Translations under genes and position numbers: made by a program
Notes under the pieces: generated by a model
Databases searched by the model: none
Seen by the model: the letters and a program-made list of their open reading frames with translations, nothing else
What the model was told of the DNA's origin: nothing
Source: an uncultured Halopseudomonas sp.
Lineage (GTDB): Bacteria; Pseudomonadota; Gammaproteobacteria; Pseudomonadales; Pseudomonadaceae
Length of the DNA: 64,000 nucleotides
NCBI GenBank assembly: GCA_964474945.1
Contig: CAYYUQ010000004.1
Coordinates: 159-64,158, forward strand
Direction: 5' to 3'
Shown here: positions 56,573-64,000 of the stretch, piece after piece
Position numbering within the stretch: position 1 is the stretch's first letter
Layout of the letters: each line of letters opens with the position of its first letter

Positions 56573-56944
56573 ATGTCCATGTTGCAGCAATATCGACAGA
56601 TTGAAGATACCATCCGCGACCTGACCGAAAAACTGAAGTCCCTTTCCAATGATGAAAAACTGAAGAAAGAAATTGAATTCGAAAAGAAGCTGACCGCGTT
56701 GATGGAACAATATGGCAAGAACACGCGCGACGTCATCGCCATCCTGGATCCAGATAACAAACTGACAGCTGCGGGAAAATCTGCTACCGCACCCGTTAAA
56801 CGCGCCCGCCGCGTGAAGCGTTATAAGAACCCAAACGACGGTAACGTGATTGAAACCAAAGGCGGAAATCACAAGACGCTGAAAGCATGGAAAGAAAAGT
56901 ACGGTGCGGAAACAGTAGAAAGCTGGGCTACCATTCTGGATTAA
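56573..56944 (+). CDS. mvaT: MvaT-family H-NS-like nucleoid protein
   Basis: N-terminal coiled coil and YKNP..G..IETKGGNHKTLKAWK; sits between purU and sbcB as in Pseudomonas. Confidence 0.92.
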   Translation: MSMLQQYRQIEDTIRDLTEKLKSLSNDEKLKKEIEFEKKLTALMEQYGKNTRDVIAILDPDNKLTAAGKSATAPVKRARRVKRYKNPNDGNVIETKGGNHKTLKAWKEKYGAETVESWATILD

Positions 56945-56973
56945 GCCTGCGCTTCAACTAATTGAATGAATAC

Positions 56974-57005
56974 AAAAAGCCCCAGCAATATGTCTGGGGC
57001 TTTTT
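56974..57005. terminator. Bidirectional terminator between mvaT and sbcB
   Basis: AAAAAGCCCCAG...CTGGGGCTTTTT. Confidence 0.85.
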
Positions 57006-57007
57006 AT

Positions 57008-58462
57008 TTAATCAGCTGCCATCTTCAATTTCACAGCCAACGTCTGAGCATACAACTCCCATTGCCGCAGCAGCGTTTGCTGCTGCCCATCCGCATCCGC
57101 CAACAACAGCCGTATCTGCTGAGTAAAATCGGCTAGGGTTATGGATGCACCAGCAATCTCCCCGCCCAACTTCTGCTTACAGAATGCCAGCCACTCGGCC
57201 ATCTCAGCTGCATTGAGCGCATCCGGAAAATTACGCGCACGGTAACGCTTGAGCATATCCGCCAGACGCTGATCTTCCAGCGGCCAGCGCGCCAGCGTCA
57301 GGCTGGCGCCTTCCGCCTGGCGAATATCAGCGAGCAATCGACGATCACGATCCGAAGTAAATCCATCATAAAGCAGCGTCTCGGCATCCGGCTCCTGACC
57401 CGGTTCCAGCGGGCGATCCTGTTCTGCGTAAATAGCCGTCAACCGGGCCTGCCCCGCGACCCGCCATTCAGCAAGCTGCCTGGCCCGCTCCAGCAACAGC
57501 GGCATATCCAGTTGCAACCGTTCAATATCCTGCGGACGCAACACCTTCGCCTCTGCCAGTACCGGGCATTTATTGATATGCACCAGCTTCAAGCCAGGCC
57601 GCAGCTCGCCAGGCTGCAGATCCTCGGTACGGGTGTACAGGCGCTCTCTCAACTGCGTGCTGGTCAAATCCTGCAACATGCTCGGATCCACTGCCAGATC
57701 CCAGACAATCACGGCATTACGGTTTCGTGGATGCCAACCCAGCGGCAGCACCAGGGCCAACCCACTGCGCTCGCGTCCAAAACGTCCGGAAACATGCACC
57801 AGCGGTAGCGGGTTCTGCAAATCAATCAGTGCGCTGACCTTGTGTTTGCTGCGCAGTTGATAAAGGTAGTCGTACAGTCGCGGCTGAGCCTGCTTCAGCA
57901 GTCGAGCCATGGCGATGGTGGCGCGCACATCAGCCAAGGCATCATGAGCCTGACCATGGTCGATACCGTTGGCCGCCGTCAGCAGTTCCAGTCGCAGACT
58001 GACGTGACCATCCTGCCGCGGCCATTCAATACCATCGGGACGCAAGGCGTGGGCCGTACGCAGCGCATCAAGCAGATCCCAGCGGCTATTACCGCCTTGC
58101 CATTCACGGGCGTAGGGGTCGAAGTAATTGCGATAGAGTGAGAAGCGCGTCATTTCATCGTCGTAGCGCAGACTGTTGTAACCCGCGGTACAGGTGCCGG
58201 GCACTGACATCTGCTCATGCAACAGGTGCATGAACTGCGCCTCTGGCAGCCCCCGCTGCATGCGCGCCGGATCAATTCCGGTGATCAGACAGGCCATGGG
58301 GTGGGGCAAGACATCTTCTGCGATACGGCAATCAATACATAACGGCTCGCCGATCTCCTGCAACTGTTCATCGGTGCGCACCCCCGCCACTTGCAGTGGA
58401 CGATCACGCCGCGGGTCTATACCCGTCGCCTCGAAGTCATACCAGAAAATACTATTAGCCAT
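57008..58462 (-). CDS. sbcB: Exodeoxyribonuclease I
   Basis: DEDDh motifs WYDFEA, GYNSLRYDDE and AHDALADV; HINKCP. Confidence 0.95.
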   Translation of the reverse strand: MANSIFWYDFEATGIDPRRDRPLQVAGVRTDEQLQEIGEPLCIDCRIAEDVLPHPMACLITGIDPARMQRGLPEAQFMHLLHEQMSVPGTCTAGYNSLRYDDEMTRFSLYRNYFDPYAREWQGGNSRWDLLDALRTAHALRPDGIEWPRQDGHVSLRLELLTAANGIDHGQAHDALADVRATIAMARLLKQAQPRLYDYLYQLRSKHKVSALIDLQNPLPLVHVSGRFGRERSGLALVLPLGWHPRNRNAVIVWDLAVDPSMLQDLTSTQLRERLYTRTEDLQPGELRPGLKLVHINKCPVLAEAKVLRPQDIERLQLDMPLLLERARQLAEWRVAGQARLTAIYAEQDRPLEPGQEPDAETLLYDGFTSDRDRRLLADIRQAEGASLTLARWPLEDQRLADMLKRYRARNFPDALNAAEMAEWLAFCKQKLGGEIAGASITLADFTQQIRLLLADADGQQQTLLRQWELYAQTLAVKLKMAAD

Positions 58463-58522
58463 CGGAGCCTCCCTCGCTTGCCGTATCGCGGGGCAGAGTA
58501 ACCCAGCACGCTTCTGACTACA

Positions 58523-58924
58523 TCAGACATCCACCTGATGCACAAAAGTAAAATAGCGCTTAAGCGCAATCGACAAGCCGGCAAAAATCGGTTGATTGGC
58601 AGAAACACTGAAGTCGACATCGAAATGACCCGGCGTCAGATCAGGACGACACCAGCGGCTGATAGCCCGGAACGGCACAATGGTTTCACCATCACCATCC
58701 AGCTGCGGCAGGTGCAGCTGCAATTCATACTCTTCAACGAGCATCACCGGATGCGGACTGATCAACATGAAGCCATGGCAGGAGATATCTCCCATGCTGC
58801 CCATGAACTGACCGGAGTAGCTGTTATAGACGTTCAGATAGGCGTTCAGTTGATGGCGAGCGATACCCCGCTTGAAGTACTCGGAAATATCGTTGGTTTT
58901 GCCATGGGAAACCATGCCAGACAT
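58523..58924 (-). CDS. PilZ domain protein
   Basis: RGIARH (RxxxR) and DISCHG (DxSxxG). Confidence 0.8.
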   Translation of the reverse strand: MSGMVSHGKTNDISEYFKRGIARHQLNAYLNVYNSYSGQFMGSMGDISCHGFMLISPHPVMLVEEYELQLHLPQLDGDGETIVPFRAISRWCRPDLTPGHFDVDFSVSANQPIFAGLSIALKRYFTFVHQVDV

Positions 58925-59176
58925 CAGGACTCTCCTGTACCAGATAGTAAGTATGGATGGATGGACTATCGAGGGGGCGGCATGACGTTCGACGCGGGGT
59001 CGGCTCGGTCCCTGAACACGAGCGTTCAGGATAGACCAGCGAATTTCACAGTCCAACCGCTATCTGACAGAATGCCATCATGCCGATACGCTTTTAATGT
59101 GTATTCAGCGCCATCGCAACAATAATGCATTACCCTGTAACGCATGACCCACAACCATGCACAACAAGGGGTAACA

Positions 59177-60112
59177 ATGAATATCCAGCACATCATGGTG
59201 ATCATCGATCCAACCAGCGAAACCGATCAACCCTGTCTGCGACGCGCGGAGCAGCTGGCCAGACACTATCCACAGGCCCAATTTACGCTCTTTCTGTGTG
59301 ACTACATTCCAGCTCTGGATGGCGGCCTGCTATTTAATAATGAGCTATTGAAGGATGCACGTAATACCTTTCTCGGACACCGGGAGGAGTACCTCGATAG
59401 CCTGGCTCAGAACCTGCGCGCCAGCGGACACACCGTGAATACCTCAGCGGTATGGGGCAAGCGCTTTGAACGGCATATTCTCAAGGCCATCCAGGAGCAG
59501 CAGCCCGATGTGGTGCTCAAGACCGGACAACGCCACAGCCTGTTGAAGCGCCTGGTGCTGAGTAACAGCGACTGGTTCCTGATCCGTTATTGCCCGACGC
59601 CATTATGGCTGGTTAAACAGCCCGATGCGGTTCTGCAGAACATCTGCGCCAGCGTGGATCCCCTGCATGAATCGGATAAGCCCGCCGCATTGGATCGCAA
59701 GATTCTGGCGACAGCCCGGACATTGGCTGACGCAACAGGCGCCAAAGCGCAGGCCATTCACTGCTACAACCCCCTGCCCCAGACGCTGGCCTTTGACAGC
59801 GGTCTGGTAGCGGATTACGACGGCTATGCCGCGCAGGTACATCAGCACCATGCCGATGCGTTTGGCGAGTTCGCCAAGGCCAATGATCTGCCGGTCGACC
59901 AGAGACATCTGCTGAGGGGATATCCAGAACAGAGCATTCCCGAATTCGTTGAACAGAATGGAGTGAATCTGCTGGTATTGGGCGCCATCTCCCGTTCGCG
60001 GATTGAAAATGCGCTGATCGGGCATACTGCAGAGCGCCTGCTGGAAGATGTACCCTGCGATATGCTGGTCATCAAGCCGGATGGGTTTGTCGATCCCTCA
60101 CGCCCGGCCTGA
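59177..60112 (+). CDS. uspE: Tandem-domain universal stress protein (UspE-like)
   Basis: Two USP domains; DW.LIRYCPTPLWLVK and IGHTAERLL...PCD.LVIKP. Confidence 0.85.
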   Translation: MNIQHIMVIIDPTSETDQPCLRRAEQLARHYPQAQFTLFLCDYIPALDGGLLFNNELLKDARNTFLGHREEYLDSLAQNLRASGHTVNTSAVWGKRFERHILKAIQEQQPDVVLKTGQRHSLLKRLVLSNSDWFLIRYCPTPLWLVKQPDAVLQNICASVDPLHESDKPAALDRKILATARTLADATGAKAQAIHCYNPLPQTLAFDSGLVADYDGYAAQVHQHHADAFGEFAKANDLPVDQRHLLRGYPEQSIPEFVEQNGVNLLVLGAISRSRIENALIGHTAERLLEDVPCDMLVIKPDGFVDPSRPA

Positions 60113-60122
60113 TGTACTTCGA

Positions 60123-60767
60123 TTATTTATCCTTCGGCACAAACTGCTGACACAGGCGGGTGATGGCATCCCAATCACCCGCCTGCACCAACTGCGGCGG
60201 CACCATCCAACTGCCACCAACCGCTACCACATTCTCCATCGCCAGATAATCAGGCATTTTTTGCGGTGTAATGCCACCAGTCGGGCAGAAGCGAACATCA
60301 TGAAACGGCCCGGCCAATGCCTTGAGCAATGCCACTCCGCCGCATATCTCCGCCGGGAAGAGTTTGAAACACCGATAGCCCAACCGATAACCCTGCATGA
60401 TCTCCGAGGCGGTAGTCACCCCCGGCAGCAGCGGCACAGGACTATCCAGCCCCAGTGCCAACAGCTCATCGGTACAACCCGGGCTGACAATGAACCTGGC
60501 GCCAGCATCCAGCACCGACTGGAATTGCCGGCCATCCAGCACGGTGCCGGCACCTACACAGATGTCCGGACGCTGCTCGGCCAGCACCCGTATCGCGCCC
60601 AGTCCCAAAGGTGTGCGCAGGGTCACCTCGAGATTGGTAATACCCCCGGCAGCCAACGCATCCGCCAACGGCAGGATATCCGTCTCGCGCTGGATACTCA
60701 GTACCGGCAGGACGCGCTGTTGATCAAAGATACTGCTCAGCCTGCTGCTGTTTTCTGCCAATCTCAT
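60123..60767 (-). CDS. eda: KDPG aldolase
   Basis: LEVTLRT, VGAGTV, FKLFPAE and FCPTGGI. Confidence 0.96.
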   Translation of the reverse strand: MRLAENSSRLSSIFDQQRVLPVLSIQRETDILPLADALAAGGITNLEVTLRTPLGLGAIRVLAEQRPDICVGAGTVLDGRQFQSVLDAGARFIVSPGCTDELLALGLDSPVPLLPGVTTASEIMQGYRLGYRCFKLFPAEICGGVALLKALAGPFHDVRFCPTGGITPQKMPDYLAMENVVAVGGSWMVPPQLVQAGDWDAITRLCQQFVPKDK

Positions 60768-61489
60768 TCACTTTCCTGCTTCTTGTCGGGGCTATAAAAA
60801 ATATCCATCGGCGCACTGAGGAAAGCCTCAATCGGCATGGCCAAGGCGTTTTTTGACGCCAATGCTTCATGCAGCACCTGTCGTTTGTTCTCGCCGGTAA
60901 TGACGAGTAGTTTGCTCCCTGCGCTCTGGATTGCACGAGCGGTCATGCTCAAGCGCGCCAAACGTTCGCCGTCCGCCGGTACTGCCACACAGAGCGGACT
61001 GGCCTGCGGTGACAGGTACTCAGCCAGTCCAGGCATATGGGGAAACAGGGAGGCAGTGTGTCCGTCATCACCCATACCCAATACCACCACATCCAGCGGC
61101 AGAAGCGGCTCCAACATCTGCTGTGCCGCTTCGGCATCGGCTTCCAGACTCTCACCGCGATACAGCCGCAACCACCGGGCCTGTTGCAACACGCCGGGTA
61201 TGCAGCGCCTGATCAGTCCGGCATTGCTTTGTGCGTCATCGGCGGGCACCCAGCGCTCATCCACCAGGGTAATGGTTACCTTATCCCAGGCCAGATCCGA
61301 CTGTTCGAGTTGACGCAGGAATAGCTCCGGGCCCCGCCCGCCAGACAGCGCCAGACTGGCTTTGCCACGCCGGTCGATGGCCCACTGCAGTGCTTCAACA
61401 ATATGCTCGGCCACCGCAACCGCCTGCGCCTGCGGTGAGGGATCGCTTCGCCAGTTCAATCCGCGGGTTTGACTATCTGCTTCGCTCAT
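60764..61489 (-). CDS. pgl: 6-phosphogluconolactonase
   Basis: LSGG, LVDERWV and LGMGDDGHTASLFP. Confidence 0.94.
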   Translation of the reverse strand: MSEADSQTRGLNWRSDPSPQAQAVAVAEHIVEALQWAIDRRGKASLALSGGRGPELFLRQLEQSDLAWDKVTITLVDERWVPADDAQSNAGLIRRCIPGVLQQARWLRLYRGESLEADAEAAQQMLEPLLPLDVVVLGMGDDGHTASLFPHMPGLAEYLSPQASPLCVAVPADGERLARLSMTARAIQSAGSKLLVITGENKRQVLHEALASKNALAMPIEAFLSAPMDIFYSPDKKQESE

Positions 61490-63318
61490 GCCTCGCCTCC
61501 GTCAGCTTGTTTCAGACTGTCAGTAAAGCAACTGGCGCCCTGTTCTGCTGAACTGGCTTGCTGGCGGGCGAAGGCAAATAGCTCCCGGCCCCACCCCCGC
61601 CGTACCGGTTCCGGCGCGACAGCAGCCGTGCGCGCCTGCCATTCCACAGCCTCGACCTGCACCTGCAGGGTGCCAGCCTGAGCATCCAGAATCAGCCAAT
61701 CGCCGTCGCGCAGATAGGCCAGCGGCCCGCCTGCATCAGCTTCGGGGCTCAGGTGAATAACCGCAGGCACTTTACCCGATGCACCGGACATACGCCCGTC
61801 TGTCACCAGAGCCACCTGTAAACCTCTATCCTGCAGAACGCCCAGATAGGGGGTCAGCTTGTGCAGCTCCGGCATACCATTGGCCGCCGGCCCCTGAAAA
61901 CGTACCACGGCGATCAGGTCACCATGGAATTCATTACTCTCGAAGGCCTGAACGAATGCCTGCTGACTATCGAATACCCGGCAGGGCGCTGCCACCTGCC
62001 AATGACTGGAGTCGACCGCCGATACCTTGATTACCCCGCGGCCCAGATCTCCCTCGATCACACGCAAGCCACCGTCGGCGCGGAATGGACGCTCCCACCC
62101 CCGCAGAATGTTTTCATCCAGGCTGGCGGTCGGGCCCTCGCGCCAGATCAGTCGCCCCTGTTCCAACACCGGCTCCCGGGTGTATTGGCGCAGGCCGGGG
62201 CCGATAATGGTGTTCACGTCCTCATGCAGCAGACCGGCATCCAGCAGCTGGGCGAACAGATAGGCGCTACCACCCGCTGCCTGAAAATGGTTCACATCAG
62301 CCTGACCATTCGGGTAGATACGCGCCAGCGTCGGCACGACTTCGGACAACAGCCCCATATCATCCCAGTTCAGCTGCAGACCAGCGCATTGCCCAATGGC
62401 CACCAGATGCAGGGTCAGGTTGGTCGACCCGCCGGTGGCCAGCAGCATCACCAGAGCGTTGACCAGCGCACGTTCATCGAGGATGGAAGCCATGCTGCCC
62501 TGCTCGGAACGGGCGAGGCGAGCGGCCTGCTCAGCGGCGGCCACCGTCAGGGCATCGCGCAGAGGTGTATTGGGGTTGATAAAGGACGCGCCGGGTAACT
62601 GCAGCCCCATGGCCTCCAATAGCATCTGGTTGGTATTGGCAGTGCCGTAAAAGGTGCAGGTGCCTGGCGCATGATAGGCGCTGCTCTCCGCATCCAGCAG
62701 CTCTTCACGACTGGCCAGCCCTTCGGCGTAGCGCTGGCGCACCTCGGCCTTGGCGCTGTTGGACAGCCCTGACGGCATCGGCCCGGCCGGTACAAAGAGT
62801 ACTGGCAGATGCCCGAAACGCAGCGCCCCCATGAGCAAACCCGGCACTATCTTGTCGCAGATACCCAGGCACAAGGCTGCATCGAACATGTTGTGGGATA
62901 GCGCAATCGCGGTACCCATGGCGATCACATCACGGCTGACCAGCGAGAGTTCCATACCCGGCTCACCCTGGGTAATGCCGTCGCACATGGCCGGCACGCC
63001 GCCAGCCACCTGCCCGGTCGCGCCAATCGCCCGTAGCGCCTCACGAATCTGTTGCGGAAAGCCCTCATAGGGCTGGTGGGCCGATAACATGTCGTTGTAC
63101 GCACTGACGATGCCGACATTGACCTCATCGGGTAGGCGCAGGCGCTGTTTATCACCAGCGGAGCAGCCGGCCATGCCATGGGCGAAATTGCTGCATGAGA
63201 GATCACGCCGGCCCCGTGGGCGCGCTGAGGCCTCCGCCATCTGCTGCAGATAGGCGGCACGGGATGCTCGACTCCGCTGGCGCAATCGTTCGGTTACCTC
63301 AATGACCCGGGGGTGCAT
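61486..63318 (-). CDS. edd: Phosphogluconate dehydratase
   Basis: [39 protein letters not shown] and [10 protein letters not shown]. Confidence 0.96.
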   Translation of the reverse strand: MHPRVIEVTERLRQRSRASRAAYLQQMAEASARPRGRRDLSCSNFAHGMAGCSAGDKQRLRLPDEVNVGIVSAYNDMLSAHQPYEGFPQQIREALRAIGATGQVAGGVPAMCDGITQGEPGMELSLVSRDVIAMGTAIALSHNMFDAALCLGICDKIVPGLLMGALRFGHLPVLFVPAGPMPSGLSNSAKAEVRQRYAEGLASREELLDAESSAYHAPGTCTFYGTANTNQMLLEAMGLQLPGASFINPNTPLRDALTVAAAEQAARLARSEQGSMASILDERALVNALVMLLATGGSTNLTLHLVAIGQCAGLQLNWDDMGLLSEVVPTLARIYPNGQADVNHFQAAGGSAYLFAQLLDAGLLHEDVNTIIGPGLRQYTREPVLEQGRLIWREGPTASLDENILRGWERPFRADGGLRVIEGDLGRGVIKVSAVDSSHWQVAAPCRVFDSQQAFVQAFESNEFHGDLIAVVRFQGPAANGMPELHKLTPYLGVLQDRGLQVALVTDGRMSGASGKVPAVIHLSPEADAGGPLAYLRDGDWLILDAQAGTLQVQVEAVEWQARTAAVAPEPVRRGWGRELFAFARQQASSAEQGASCFTDSLKQADGGEA

Positions 63319-63426
63319 GCACGTTCTCCTGTGAGCCAAACCCACCTATTGGCTTCTGCCTGTCATAAGTAGCGGGTATCATCTATTGTAAGCCATCGAA
63401 ATATCACTGAAGGGGAAACACCCAAT

Positions 63427-64000
63427 ATGACCCTGCGTCGTACCAAGATTGTCGCCACCCTCGGGCCTGCCAGCAGCACCCCCGAACGCATCGAAGCAAT
63501 GATCAACGCCGGCATGAACGTTGCCCGGCTGAACTTCTCCCATGGCACCCATGATGAACACCGTGAGCGGGCACGACTGGTGCGCGAGATTGCCGCCAGA
63601 CTGGATGTCCATGTAGCGCTGCTTGGTGACCTGCAAGGCCCCAAAATCCGTATTGCGCGCTTCAAGGACGGCAAGATCCATCTCAACGTAGGCGACACCT
63701 TCCGTCTCTCCACCACCCATTCGCTGAATGACGGCAATCAGCAGGTGGTAGGTATTGATTATCCCGCGCTGGTGACTGACTGCCGGGCTGGCGATGAGCT
63801 GTTGCTCGATGATGGTCGCATTGTATTGCGCATTGACGCCATTGCCGATGGCGAGGCCAGGTGTACCGTGACCGCTGGTGGCGTGCTGTCCAACCACAAG
63901 GGCATCAATCGCCGGGGCGGAGGGCTGTCGGCCAACGCCCTGACCGAAAAGGATCATGCCGATATCGTCCTGGCCGCCGAACTGGAGATGGAATACGTCG
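63427..64000 (+). CDS. pyk: Pyruvate kinase, 5' part (runs off window end)
   Basis: Not in the ORF track. Manual translation gives MTLRRTKIVATLGPAS...ARLNFSHG...DLQGPKIR...LLLDDG...SNHKGIN. Confidence 0.95.
   Translation, partial: MTLRRTKIVATLGPASSTPERIEAMINAGMNVARLNFSHGTHDEHRERARLVREIAARLDVHVALLGDLQGPKIRIARFKDGKIHLNVGDTFRLSTTHSLNDGNQQVVGIDYPALVTDCRAGDELLLDDGRIVLRIDAIADGEARCTVTAGGVLSNHKGINRRGGGLSANALTEKDHADIVLAAELEMEYV

Overview
A 64-kb GC-rich chromosomal segment from a pseudomonad. Gene content and order (cco-anr-apt, grxD-argF, purU-mvaT-sbcB) suggest a Halopseudomonas/Pseudomonas-like organism; this is inference. Most of it is housekeeping and low-oxygen respiration. In order: partial dcd, apbC, a chemoreceptor, a TeaABC-like TRAP transporter, one cbb3 oxidase operon (ccoNOQP-GHIS) with anr and apt, a two-component pair, ybaK-glpK, tRNA-Pro(CGG), grxD, argF, slyD, a SutA-like small protein, an MFS-DUF2157-DUF4401-GDYXXLXY operon, bfd-bfr, a denitrification block, a REP-like tandem array, ubiUVT, ahpCF, purU, mvaT, sbcB, uspE, edd-pgl-eda and partial pyk. 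The most striking observation is in the denitrification block. A heme-receptor-like TonB-dependent transporter sits directly upstream of nirS, apparently co-transcribed with it behind an Anr/Dnr box. nirS is followed by a terminator, and none of the heme d1 biosynthesis or insertion genes (nirMCFDLGHJEN) lie in the window. This suggests a possible heme d1 scavenging system. The divergent nirQ-norCBD-norEF operon has a sigma54-like promoter and a perfect upstream palindrome, which is atypical for pseudomonad cNor. No integrase, transposase, prophage or CRISPR array was found. All calls come from reading the sequence and recalling family motifs; no database searches were run.
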